Positions 10,658-21,072 of a stretch of DNA of 62,381 nucleotides are shown here, piece after piece. Each line of letters starts with the position of its first letter. The first letter of the stretch is position 1. Location of the stretch: contig CAWEMM010000005.1 of NCBI GenBank assembly GCA_963810095.1, forward strand, positions 1-62,381, written 5' to 3'. The translations under genes were made by a program, and so were the position numbers. The DNA comes from an uncultured Chloroflexia bacterium (GTDB taxonomy: Bacteria > Chloroflexota > Anaerolineae > CG2-30-64-16). The notes beneath the pieces are model-generated. The model did no database searches. It saw nothing but the letters and a program-made list of their open reading frames with translations, and was not told the DNA's origin.

Positions 10658-10715
10658 AGCCTAGCCCTTCGGCCCGAACGAGCGATACGCGCCAAAGGAG
10701 TCAATTTGGGTGTAG
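10658..10715 (-). promoter_or_regulatory. Putative activator-dependent promoter: CTACACC-N4-TTGACTC box plus TAGGCT -10
   Basis: Minus strand CTACACCCAAATTGACTCCTTTGGCGCG; box starts 52 nt before TAGGCT. Confidence 0.55.
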
Positions 10716-10762
10716 AGTCCGAGAGTGCGCTGCGCTTCCGAATTGCGAGCTAGGCTGACCGG

Positions 10763-12445
10763 TCATGCGATCACGGAACGCGCCAGCATGCCGCCGGCGA
10801 TCGTCCGGGCCTTGAACCCGTTTTGCAGCAGGATCCGAGTCGCGTAGTACGCGCGCTGCCCCGAGCGGCAGATGACGTGAATCTCACGGTCGACCGGCAG
10901 TTCGCCCAGACGTGAACGGAGCTCAGGCAGTGGGATGTTCAGGACGTCAGGCGCCTGCTCGACGGCAAGCTCGGCCGGATAGCGCACGTCGAGCAGCAGC
11001 GCCGAGCCATCCGCATTCCAGTGGCTGAGCGGCATATCCCCGCGCAGGACGTCGGCCGCCACCATCCCGGCGAAGTTCACTGGCGATTTGGCGCTGCCGA
11101 ATTGCGGCGCATAGCACAGCTCGGCTTCTTCCAGGTCATACACGGTCGCGCCCATTTGAATCGCCATCGCAAACGCGTCGATCCGCTTGTCCACCCCGTC
11201 CTCACCCACAGCCTGAGCGCCCAGGAGACGGCCGTCCGACTTGCGGAAAATCACCTTCATCGCCAGGTACTTGGCGCCAGGATAGTACCCGGCATGCGAG
11301 TTGGGGAAGAGGTAGATCTTCTCGTAATCTGTGTCGCCGAGCCGCTCGAGCGTCCTTTCGTTGACGCCCGTCCACGCGGCCGCGGCCCCGAACAGGCCGA
11401 TGATCGCGGTGCCCTGCGTGCCGCGGAAGTGGGAATCGCGGCCCGCGATCACATCCGCCGCGATGCGCCCCTGGCGGTTCGCCGGCCCGGCCAACGCCAG
11501 CAGACCCCACTCCCCGGTCAGGCAGTCGCGGACTTCGACCGCATCGCCGACGGCAAAGATGTCCGGATCGCTGGTGCGCATCTGGTCGTCAACGCGGATG
11601 CCGCCCCGTTGGCCGATCTCGAGCCCGGCCTGCTTGGCCAACCAGTTTTCCGGCCGCACGCCGATGCCCAGGACCACCAGGTCGGCCCCGTACGCCTTCC
11701 CGGCCTTCGTCAGCACTTCGAGGGAACCCTGTGGCGTCTGCTGGAAACCGCACACGTCGGCATTGAGCTCGAGGTGAAGCCCGTTCTTCCCGACCCAGCG
11801 CTCGACGTAGCGCGCCATTTCCAGGTCCATCGGCGCGAGCACCTGGTCGCCCCGCTGGAGCAGCGTCACCTGCAGCCCCAGGTGAACCAGGTTCTCCGCC
11901 ATCTCGAGGCCGATGAAGCCGCCGCCCACCACCACCGCGCGGTGCGCAGGCATCATCGTCTGGTAGCCCGTGTAGGCGTCCAGGCCGGAAGGCAACGTGG
12001 TATGGCCTTCGATCCATTCACGGATTGCCTTGACGTCGGGCACGGTCCGCACACGGAAGATTCCCGGCAGGTCGACGCCGGGCAACGGCGGCGCGACCGG
12101 CGTTGCGCCAGGAGACAGCACCAGCTTGTCGTAGGACTCGGTGGTCACCTCGCCGGTCGCAAGATCTTTCAGTTGCACCGTCTTGTTCTCGGGCGAGATG
12201 CCGATCACCTCGCAGCGCGTCCGTACGTCGATGCCAAACTGCTGGCGAAACGTGTCCGGCGTAGCCACCAGCAGACTGGACTCCCGAGCGATCACGCCGC
12301 CGACGTGGTAAGGCAGCCCGCAGTTGGCGTACGAAACGTACGGCCCGCGTTCCACCATCAGGATCTCGGCGTTTTCATCGAGCCTTCGAAGGCGTGCAGC
12401 GCATGACGCGCCGCCCGCGACGCCGCCAACAATGATGACCTTCAT
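10763..12445 (-). CDS. CoA-disulfide reductase with C-terminal rhodanese domain, copy 2 (intact)
   Basis: 560 aa; SYANCGLPY, GGGFIGLE, AVGDAVE, ELCYAPQF, ICRSGQR; close paralog of 3433-5125. Confidence 0.92.
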   Translation of the reverse strand: MKVIIVGGVAGGASCAARLRRLDENAEILMVERGPYVSYANCGLPYHVGGVIARESSLLVATPDTFRQQFGIDVRTRCEVIGISPENKTVQLKDLATGEVTTESYDKLVLSPGATPVAPPLPGVDLPGIFRVRTVPDVKAIREWIEGHTTLPSGLDAYTGYQTMMPAHRAVVVGGGFIGLEMAENLVHLGLQVTLLQRGDQVLAPMDLEMARYVERWVGKNGLHLELNADVCGFQQTPQGSLEVLTKAGKAYGADLVVLGIGVRPENWLAKQAGLEIGQRGGIRVDDQMRTSDPDIFAVGDAVEVRDCLTGEWGLLALAGPANRQGRIAADVIAGRDSHFRGTQGTAIIGLFGAAAAWTGVNERTLERLGDTDYEKIYLFPNSHAGYYPGAKYLAMKVIFRKSDGRLLGAQAVGEDGVDKRIDAFAMAIQMGATVYDLEEAELCYAPQFGSAKSPVNFAGMVAADVLRGDMPLSHWNADGSALLLDVRYPAELAVEQAPDVLNIPLPELRSRLGELPVDREIHVICRSGQRAYYATRILLQNGFKARTIAGGMLARSVIA

Positions 12446-12485
12446 TTGTTTCGCCTCGCATTCTTGGTTGAGGGAGCGCGGCCCG

Positions 12486-12582
12486 CACCAAGGGAGTCAA
12501 TTAGGGCGTTGGGTGTTCCTAGCGTAGGGTAGCGCGAATCGTACCGTGGCGATTCGCGCCAAAAGAGTCAATTAAGGTGTAG
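12486..12582 (-). promoter_or_regulatory. Two copies of the operator box upstream of the CoADR-RHD operon
   Basis: CTACACCTTAATTGACTCTTTTGGCGCG ending near 12555, and CAACGCCCTAATTGACTCCCTTGGTG (12511-12486); TACCCT at 12531-12526. Confidence 0.55.
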
Positions 12583-12604
12583 GTAAGATCGTGTCTTGTC
12601 TTGT

Positions 12605-12640
12605 GGTGTAAATTGAGGGCTGTTGCCCTCAATTTACACC
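12605..12640. terminator. Perfect 16-bp-stem hairpin downstream of the second MalT-like gene
   Basis: GGTGTAAATTGAGGGC-TGTT-GCCCTCAATTTACACC. Confidence 0.55.
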
Positions 12641-12687
12641 GCATAATAGGACCTGATGGCAGGCAAGAAGAACCGGCAGGAGAAGAT

Positions 12688-15490
12688 CTACGAAGGAGGA
12701 AGTACCTTGAGCGCTTCGGCTTTCACCACCGCATCTTTGCGGCCGTCGACGTCGAGCTTGCCATAGAGATTGACCGTGTGACGCTTGACCGTCATAACGG
12801 AGAGGCCCAGCCGTTGGGCGATCTCCTTGTTGCTCAGCCGCTCGCGCAGCAGCACGAGGACGTCGAGCTCGCGGTCGGTAAGAGGTTCAAGCAAGCCGGC
12901 ATTGGCGGTGCGAGCGCGCGTGCCGGCCGCAGCCGCGGCGCTGGCATCGAGCTGGGGGAACGCGTCCAGGATGCGCCGAACGGTTTCGACCGCGTAGCCG
13001 CGGCCCGCCAGGCGCAAAAGCAAGGTGCGCATGGTCGCGCCCAGGCCGACGAAGCTACGGACGGATCCACTCATCCGGGCGTTCTCCACCGCTTGCTCGA
13101 GGCTGGCGAGAGCGGCAACGCTTCTGCCCTGTTGTTCCAACACCACCGCCCGCGCAGCGAGGATGTCGGTCTGCAGCCGCGTGCAGTAACTGCGTTCGGT
13201 GATTTCGTTCAGCGCATCGAGGATGCCCAGGCTGGCTTCGAGGTCGCCTTCTGCACCCCGTGCGATGAGCAGAGCTGGCCTTCGCGAGATGCGGGTCCTG
13301 GATAAAATTGATCAGCCGGTCGGGCACGGGAGACGAGTAAGCATCGGCCCAGCGGAAGGCGGCCTCTGCGTTCCCCTGCGAATACTCAAGTTGCGCTTGC
13401 AACGAACGAGCGTCGTCACCCACGACGCCGGTCCGCTCCATGTCCAGCTGACTGAGCAACTCCAGCATCTCCCGCGCTTCACCTGTCTCACCCTTTGCCA
13501 TCAGCACCAAGGCCATGCCGAGCATGCAGCTCCGGGCGGCTTGCGCATGCGTCGCGCGGCGTATTTCCACACCCTCCCTAAAATGCTTTTCGGCGGTTGC
13601 CAGGTCGTTCCAGCAGTAGTGCGCTGTGCCGAGGAAGAAACGTCCAAACCCTTGGAGGATCATCAGGTGGCCGGGAGATGCAAGATCAAGCATCATCTGC
13701 GCCGTTTGCCTCGCCTCTTCGAGATGTCCGGTCTCGAGGTGGTTAAAGGCCATGCCAAATGCAAGGCGCGGCGCATAGGCGTCGGTTCTGTCGACCAGGG
13801 ACTCGAATTCTTCGGTCAGGCTCATCCGGGCTGCGTCAACCTTCCCCATCGCTCGCATGCATAGGGCCCAGTAGAAGCGAGCGGCTCCCCGCGGGTAAAG
13901 CCACCCCTCGGGCAGAAGCTTCAGCACCTCCTCGAAGCGCGTGATGGCTTCGCTTGCCTGGCATCCGTGGAATAGCTGCTGGCCGCGCATGAGGGCCAAC
14001 AACCCACGCAGCGTTTGAAAATCCGTCAGAATTGCCTTGGCGGGAGGCTGCTTCGCTGCCCTCGTTAAGCAACACCTCGATCTGTCCTATCAGCTTCCCT
14101 ACCGTCGTTAGGCGCCAGGAGAACTGAAATGCGAACGCCCTGATCAATAGTAGCCAGGGACGCTGCTGGATGAAGTCTTCCGGCAGCCGGCTCAGCCACC
14201 GGTCCAGCGTGGCCCGATCTTCCCGGTTCAACACCTCCTGAAGTCCGGTAACCATGAAGCTGGCAGCCTGGTCGAAGTCTGCCGCTTGGAGGGCATGGCC
14301 GACCGCCTCGTCCACCATGCCTCTGTCGCCAAACCACGTCGCGGCCGCCCGGTGCAGATCCGCAAGCTGCTGAGCGCCAAACTCGGCCGCCAGATGCCGC
14401 TGCAGCAGCTCCTGGAACAGCTGGTGATAGCGGTGCCACTTCCCTTCGTTATCCAGGGAAACGACAAAGAGGTTGTGGCTGTCCAGCCACCGGATGTACC
14501 CGCGGACGTCGTCGGGCGACCCATCCGCGCTTCGGCTCCTCCAATCGAATCGCGAACAGAAAGTCCATGCGCAGATGCGAGGACGTGTTCGCAGAGCTCC
14601 GCGCAGAACCGGTCGCAGACCGAAGTTGCCAGCAGGAACCTCTGCATGGCCGGACTCTGGCTGGAGAGTACTTCGTATACCAGGTATTCGGCAATCTCGA
14701 CATTGGAGCCCGATAGAGCCGCCAACTCGCCTTCGGTTTCCCTTGTGGCGAATGCGGAGAGAGTCAGCAGACGGAGCCCCGCGATCCAGCCCTCCAGGCG
14801 CCGGTCGAGGAGATCCAGCGTGTCCTGGCTGAGCGGCGCGGGCACCGTCTTGCGCAGAAAGGCGGACGTCTCCTCGGGCGTGAAACGCAGGTTGTGCGTG
14901 CGGATTTCGGTCAACCGGCCCTTGGCTCGCAGGGCTGCGAGTGGCAGCGGCGGGCTGGTTCTCGAGATCAGCACGAGGTGCAGGCGCTCGGGCCAGTGAC
15001 GCAAGAGGCCGGACAGGAGGTCGTGCACGTCTTCGCCGCGAATCGCATGGTAATCATCCAGGACCACGATAAGGCGTCCCGGCAACGCGTGGATGTCATT
15101 GGCGAGCGCGACGAGCAGCGTCGCCGGCGCCGCCGGAACAGGCGCCCGAAGCAAGGCGAGAGTTTCGCCACACGCGTCCGGGTACGCCTGGCGGATCGCG
15201 GCCGCGAAATAGTGGAGGAAAACGCCCAGATCGCTGTCTGCGGGGTCAAGTGACAGCCACGCTGAAGGAATGGCCTCGCAACCGGCGGCGCGCGACGCAG
15301 CGGCGAGGCTCTCGATCCAGGAGCTAACCAGGGTGGTCTTCCCGAAGCCGGCCCCGGCACTGACGATGGTGAGTGGTCCCGACAGCCCGCTATTAAGCGC
15401 CGCAACGAGGCGTGGCCGGTCGACCCGGTCGGGGGGCACCGGTGGCCGGTTGAGCTTTGTGAGCAGCAAGGATAGCGCGGTCTGGGACAT
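12688..15490 (-). CDS. Second MalT-like LuxR regulator, split by several frameshifts
   Basis: LLLTKLNRP, AGAGFGKTT, VLDDYH, LEGWIAGLRL; continues in ORFs 13836-14318, 13055-14002 and 12688-13146 (EPLTDRELDVL...NLYGKLDV). Confidence 0.85.
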
Positions 15491-16242
15491 GGGGTGTCAG
15501 TCCTCGGCAAGCGCAACGCGCTGAGCAGTAGATGGGCGAGCTTGCAGCGGACGCCAAACGCCAGCAAGCACGGCCCTAGTGGTGAGCACGGGCATCGGCG
15601 CCTCGGGTGAGAGTGCCACCCACCGCCCCGATTATAGACGATCAGCGAGGCGCGGCGCAAAACCCGGCCGACATGCAAGGAAGGAGATGACGAATTTTGT
15701 TGCCAGCACGTAGTGACCTGCGGGCGACACCCGACGCCCCAGATCTGGCTCGCTCTGCTTCGGCAGGCAGCACGCTCGGCCGAAGCGGGCCGAGTAGCGG
15801 TCTTGCGGCCACCCCGCACCTGGACCGCGCATGCGCAATCCGGGGTTAGCGGCATCTGCCCATGATGATCTCAGAGCGATAGCTACCGGGAATAGGGCGG
15901 AGGGTGCACGCCAAGCGTTGCGTCTCACAGGATCGCTCAGGGGGCCTACTGCCGCATTTGGCGACAATCGGCCTTGCTTGCGTGAATCCCGATAATCCTC
16001 GGATTATCGCACTCGGCGCAGAATGACGGCGAAAACCGGCTGAGGAAGCTCATGGCAAAGCCATCGGAGGAATGCGAGGGGAAGGCAGCAAACGAGCCGT
16101 GTGGTCTCATCAAGCCCGTTTTTCAATCCACAGACCTCACGGCTGTCAAAAAGCCTATCCCTGCGGTCTTACAATGCTCCAGATTCATCTTCGCCGAGAC
16201 CACAAGGCTGCCAGTGTCGCGTAGCCGTGTGGTCTGTCTAGA

Positions 16243-16288
16243 AAATGAAAAGACCACAAGGGTGGTCGCTTCACCTACCCTTGTGGTC
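16243..16288 (-). terminator. Rho-independent terminator after the tRNA fragment
   Basis: Minus strand GACCACAAGGGT-13 nt-ACCCTTGTGGTC followed by TTTTCATTT; identical copy at 47325-47370. Confidence 0.7.
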
Positions 16289-16309
16289 GCGCCCCTGGGA
16301 GGGGCGTTA

Positions 16310-16354
<45 letters not shown>

Positions 16355-16499
16355 ACAAACCTCGATTTTCGACCTCCGACCACACGGCGAGGCGATTTTG
16401 GGTAGCCGTGTGCTCTCCGGTCCCGAAACCCCCTGGTGGTCTCTGGTCGCTCTCTGCAGGTTCGCACCGAGCGGAATATTGAATTCCGGTAACGAGAGG

Positions 16500-16528
16500 A
16501 TTATAGCAGATGCTCGCTGGCTGATCAA
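16500..16528 (-). promoter_or_regulatory. Near-consensus sigma70 promoter firing into the tRNA fragment
   Basis: TTGATC-N17-TATAAT with extended TG; copy 2 reads TTGATT-N17-TATAAT (47610-47582). Confidence 0.75.
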
Positions 16529-16944
16529 GGTGTAACTGCAAACGTGCAAACGCGAGAGGCCGAGGAAGTGCCAGCGACGCAGACCAAGAAAGCTTGCCAT
16601 GGGAAGTACAGATGGTTAGTTGAGCCTCTGAAGTGCACTGCCAAATGGTCAAGCAGGTTGGGTGATGTTGCCTGGAACCACACCCAGGCAGATGGGCGCT
16701 TGGTGGTTGCCGTCACGATCGTCGTTTTGCCAAGAGCATCAGACCAGCCGAGCTAGGGCACCCAGGGGACTAGAACGTTCTGCGCTGCTTAATGGGACCA
16801 ACTGGATGACCCCAAAGCGCGCGCCACAATAGGGAGTTGCACTTCCAATCGAACTTCCTGATTCGCACCTGGCCTCACCAAACCAAGATACTCATCGGCC
16901 CGTTGTTCCGCTGCAATAGGCCAATAGATCTCGCGACTAGGCCC

Positions 16945-17394
16945 TTAAAAAGGTAGTCGCTCGAATCCAGCCTCTTCGGCCCCTCGAGAACGGTTTTCGC
17001 CGGGCGCGTCAAGTATCGGGCGCATCGCTGCGCTGGCCAACAGCCAACGTCCGCTCTGCTTGACCCAGACCAGCGTCGTGCGGAGCTCCATCTCCATACC
17101 CTGACCCTCGTAATTCACCTTCTGCCGCTCACGGTTCATGACGACCGCCGCGTCCCCGTACGCGCGCACGTTTGAGTCATCCCACTCGAGATACTCGTAC
17201 TTGAGGCTGGCCGACGTGAACCGCTGCGGCCACTGCTCCTTGGTGAGCATGAAGCCGCGCGGGCCGACGGCTACGAAATCGTCGGTCAGCGTGCGCTCCA
17301 TATACGCCGTATCACCCTGCCGCTCCGCCGCGGCGAAGTCTTCGGCGATTCGTGCGAGATCCTCTTGGATACGAGTCACATCTGCTCGACTCAT
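16945..17394 (-). CDS. NTF2-like / DUF4440 family protein
   Basis: AERQGD...LTDDFVAVGPRG.MLTKEQW...VRAYGDAAVV...TLVWVKQSGRW. Confidence 0.8.
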   Translation of the reverse strand: MSRADVTRIQEDLARIAEDFAAAERQGDTAYMERTLTDDFVAVGPRGFMLTKEQWPQRFTSASLKYEYLEWDDSNVRAYGDAAVVMNRERQKVNYEGQGMEMELRTTLVWVKQSGRWLLASAAMRPILDAPGENRSRGAEEAGFERLPF

Positions 17395-17665
17395 CGTATC
17401 ACCCCTTCCAACAAGACCGGTCTTCTGACCGGCATGGCTTCGATAACTAGATCCGTGTGCCGTCTGGAAGAGCTAGATTCTAGTCTCGTAGATTTGCATA
17501 TAATGTATGCGCCAAGACGAACAGTGATCAGAATAACTTGAAGGCGGTGTCAGGGTGTGCTATAAGTACACCTTCGATGATCCCGGGAACGCTACCGTTG
17601 TTTCATCGAGCCACATCTGCAGTGCAAGGAGTGTCGAAAAGAGATGAGAGATTTGATCGCACGAG

Positions 17666-18007
17666 CAGGTTCTACACGCAAGGAGCTCCCAGCGCACGGC
17701 TTGAATTGCTCCCCGCCTTCCGGGATGGCCTAGACCATATTGAGCCGGGCCAGGACATCATCGTCATCACTTGGCTGCACCTGGCACAGCGAGACGTGCT
17801 GAAGGTCCATCCGCAGGGGACCTGGCGAAACCATTGACTGGCGTGTTCCTGATCCGCTCACCCGATCGTCCGAATCCCCTGGGCCTCCATCGCTGCGCTG
17901 TGTTGCAGTTGCTCCCTGACGGCCTGGCCATTGGGCCTATCGAGGCGGTCGACGGCACCCCGGTGGTTGACATCAAGCCGGTTGTCGACGAGGCCGGTCA
18001 CTGCTAG
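17666..18007 (+). pseudogene. TsaA/TrmO-like methyltransferase remnant, copy 1 (5'-truncated, frameshifted)
   Basis: IIVITWLH, GVFLIRSPDRPNPLGL, EAVDGTPVVDIKP; frameshift at GGGG 17816-17819. Confidence 0.75.
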
Positions 18008-18084
18008 CATCACGCTCAGACACGAGCGCATCCACGGCACTAACCATCGGGCAGAGGAAGGATGAATGGATAGCTCGCCGGTCC

Positions 18085-18528
18085 GATCCACACAACCTCC
18101 TGACCGGGCGCCTTGACCTGCAAAAGGTTGGCATTTTCGGCGTATCGTTGGGTGGGATGAACGTGGCCGAAGCCTGTGCGAAAGAGCCACGCCTCAGGGC
18201 CTGCGTGATCATGGATGCGGCCATCACGGTCGATGCGGTCAAGGGTGGCTTGCGACAATCGGTCATGGAGATGACGCGCGACGCCGGTACCATGCGCCTG
18301 GAACGGGCGCGCGCCGGGGGTTGGTCGGAAAAGGACATCCGCCTCACCCAGGACACGATGCGGGCGATCTATGATGCCGCACCCGGCGTCTTTCACCTCA
18401 ACTTCATCGACGCGCCCTACTGGTCGCCTCAGTTCCCGGTGATCGGACTGACCGGGTCGGTCAACGCACAGCGGACCTTCGATGCCATCAACGCCTATTC
18501 GGTCGCGTTCTTCGAGAAGGAACTCTAG
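18085..18528 (+). pseudogene. C-terminal fragment of a PAF-acetylhydrolase-like alpha/beta hydrolase
   Basis: GRLDLQKVGIFGVSLGG, HLNFID, INAYSVAFFEKEL; no N-terminus. Confidence 0.6.
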
Positions 18529-18727
18529 GGCCACGGGGCATCCTTGCTGAACGGAGCATCGCCCTGATATCCCGGAGTCCGCTTCGAGACAGGACGGCCG
18601 TAGCGCGTTCTGCAATAGAGACAACAAGAAGACGAAGAGTGATCAAGATTGCTTGAATATCGCAGCCCGCATGTTACCATCTCTAGCTCCGGTAGGTGAT
18701 GGAGCATCCCTGCCCAGGAGTGTAAAC

Positions 18728-19111
18728 ATGGCTTTCGAATTGACTGCTGCGCCCATCTTGTGCGTCAGATCGGTGCCGGAGGCGCTCGAGTTCTACGAAC
18801 GCTGCTTCGGCTTCGCGCGCCAGAATTACTTCAGTGGCAACGAGGCTTATGTCGTGATGAAGTTGGGACACGCGGAGCTGCACCTGTCCGAGAGCCCGCG
18901 CGCCAATCCAAACAACGTCAATGCCGAGCACGTTGCTGATGCGTTCATCTGGGTGCCGAGCATCGAGTCCGTGGTGTCCCTGGCGACGAAGAACGGGCTG
19001 ACGCCCGTGCGCGGTCCCGAGCGTTACGACAGCTCGCCGGTTGCTACGACGGAGGTTGTCTACCCTGACAACTCCGGTTACTGGCTCTGCTTTTCAGAGG
19101 CGCATCTTTGA
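18728..19111 (+). CDS. VOC/glyoxalase (bleomycin-resistance-like) protein
   Basis: APILCVRSVPEALEFYERCFGF...DNSGYWLCF; RBS AGGAG; upstream TTGAAT-N16-TACCAT. Confidence 0.8.
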   Translation: MAFELTAAPILCVRSVPEALEFYERCFGFARQNYFSGNEAYVVMKLGHAELHLSESPRANPNNVNAEHVADAFIWVPSIESVVSLATKNGLTPVRGPERYDSSPVATTEVVYPDNSGYWLCFSEAHL

Positions 19112-19124
19112 ACGAGGAGCCATC

Positions 19125-19301
19125 ATACTCGATCTACACGATCTTCTGATCTCGCAATACCGCGCGTCGCTCGCCATGCTCAAGCAGGCCATTGTCGCCT
19201 GCCCCGCGTGGATCTGGAACGCGCCCGCGGACAAGAACAAGTTCTGGAACGTGGCGTATCACGCGCTCTTCTTCACGCACGCCTACCTCGAGGACTCGGA
19301 G
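19125..19301 (+). pseudogene. N-terminal fragment of a DinB-like protein
   Basis: SQYRASLAMLKQAIVACP..W....FWNVAYHALFF; RBS GAGGAG followed by ATA; breaks off before the next gene. Confidence 0.55.
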
Positions 19302-19335
19302 GGGAAGCCTCCTATGGGGAAAAGGAACAATCATC

Positions 19336-19866
19336 ATGAAAAAGCAGGTACTGTTCATTCAGGGCGGTGGCGAGGGCGCATATGAGGCAGATGAAAACCT
19401 GGCAGCTGCACTGCAACACGCACTCGGGGCTGAATACAATGTAGTGTATCCGCACATGCCTGACGAAGCTGATCCGCAGTACGAATCGTGGGCAGCACAG
19501 ATCTCAAAAGAACGCGCCGCGTTAGGCGATAACGCAATCATTGTCGGGCACTCAGTGGGCGGTGCTGTCCTATTGAGGCACCTGTCTGAAGCGAGGATCG
19601 ACAAACCAATCGCGGGCATCTTTATCATCGCTGCGCCATACTGGGGCGCCGAGGAGTGGCAAGCGGATCTCCCGGCGCGGCTGCCGGTTTTTCTCTACCA
19701 CAGCCGGGATGACACGGTGGTACCGTTTGCACATCTGGCGCAGTTTGCGGAGAAGTTCCCGCAAGCAACCGTTCGCAAGCTTAATGGACGCGGGCATCAA
19801 TTCAATGATGATCTCTCAGAGGTGGCTGCAGACGTAAAGGCGCTGGAAGGTCATAGCAGGTTGTGA
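19336..19866 (+). CDS. RBBP9/YdeN-type alpha/beta hydrolase
   Basis: VLFIQGGG, GHSVGG, YHSRDDTVVPF, GRGHQF. Confidence 0.85.
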   Translation: MKKQVLFIQGGGEGAYEADENLAAALQHALGAEYNVVYPHMPDEADPQYESWAAQISKERAALGDNAIIVGHSVGGAVLLRHLSEARIDKPIAGIFIIAAPYWGAEEWQADLPARLPVFLYHSRDDTVVPFAHLAQFAEKFPQATVRKLNGRGHQFNDDLSEVAADVKALEGHSRL

Positions 19867-19944
19867 GAGTCCGTCATGGTCGAGGTTCGTAGGACTTGGC
19901 AGCAAGTGTTTATGCGCATGGGTGAGAAGCGACACGACGGCCTG

Positions 19945-20502
19945 ATGCAGGCGTCCATACTATGGCGTCGAGCAGATCAGCCTGGCCACGAATCGGCGCG
20001 GCTGGTCTTCGAACATCCCGCCTGGAATTTGAGCGGTGCGGCAGTTTTTGTGCATGACGGGGAGCCGTGCCGGCTCGATTACCTCATCGCGTGCAATTCC
20101 TCGTGGGAAACAAGGCGCGGCAGGGTTACGGGCTGGGTCGGTGATCAAGCGGTCGAGATCGAGATATCTGTCGGTTCAGGGGGCCGGTGGTTCATCAATG
20201 GGGATGAGTGTGACGAAGCTGAAGGTTGTATCGATCTCGATCTGAACTTTAGCCCCTCGACGAATCTGCTGCCGATCCGGCGCCTTAATCTGTCGATCGG
20301 GGAGCAGGCGCAAGTGAGGGCCGCCTGGCTCCGCTTCCCCGGCTTTGCGCTCGAACCGCTCGATCAGGTCTACCGCCGCACGGGTGCGACGACTTATGAG
20401 TACGAGAGCGGCGAAGGCAGATTCACGGCTGAACTCCGGGTTAACCAGGCGGGTTTCGTGACCGACTACCCTAACCTTTGGGCATATGAAGCGAGCACCT
20501 GA
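19945..20502 (+). CDS. Putative glycolipid-binding domain protein
   Basis: ILWRR..PGHE, GCIDLDLNFSPSTNLLPIRRL, GFVTDYP; an upstream ATG at 19876 is also possible. Confidence 0.8.
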   Translation: MQASILWRRADQPGHESARLVFEHPAWNLSGAAVFVHDGEPCRLDYLIACNSSWETRRGRVTGWVGDQAVEIEISVGSGGRWFINGDECDEAEGCIDLDLNFSPSTNLLPIRRLNLSIGEQAQVRAAWLRFPGFALEPLDQVYRRTGATTYEYESGEGRFTAELRVNQAGFVTDYPNLWAYEAST

Positions 20503-20597
20503 GCAGGTTCATGCTGGAAGCGCTGAGAGCGTTGGTCGAGGGAAACCAGGCGGCGCGCCTGCGTCTAGAGATTGGGTGCAATGGGGACGAGTCAATA

Positions 20598-21007
20598 ATG
20601 GAAGGGTACGTAGTGCGGCCAATTGGCTTCATCCGTTCGGGGCTGAGGAATGTGGCGGATGCGCCCAGATTCTATACCGAAGGAGCGCCTAACGCGCCCC
20701 TCGAATTGCTGCCTGCGTTCAGGGACGGGCTCGAGCGCGTCGAGCCGGGGCAGGACATCATCGTTATCACCTGGCTGCATCTGGCACAGCGAGACGTGCT
20801 GAAGGTCCACCTGCAGGGGACTCGGCACTCCCATTGACGGGGGTGATTCTGACCCGCTCGCCCGGTCGTCCGAATCCCCTGGGCCTGCATCACTGCGCGG
20901 TATTGGAGTTGCTCCCCGATGTCCTGGCCATTGGTCCCATCGAAGTGGTCGACGGGACCCCAGTGCTTGACATTAAGCCGGTCGTCGGCGATGCCGACGA
21001 TTTCTAG
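20598..21007 (+). CDS. TsaA/TrmO-like SAM-dependent methyltransferase, copy 2 (one frameshift)
   Basis: RPIGFIRS, ITWLH, TRSPGRPNPLGL, DGTPVLDIKP; frameshift at GGGG 20816-20819. Confidence 0.75.
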
Positions 21008-21072
21008 CGTCACGCCCATAATTAACGCATCTCTAGCTCAAGCTATCGGGCGAGAGTTCACAGGAGAGATTC

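Noticed and set aside
6210-12406. Long antisense ORFs (6210-7238, 7235-8470, 8661-10223, 11021-12406)
   Set aside because: Shadow frames of real minus-strand genes in high-GC DNA, with no motifs
17811-20820. Programmed frameshifting in the tsaA copies
   Set aside because: No canonical slippery heptamer; a G-homopolymer miscall or ancestral lesion is more likely
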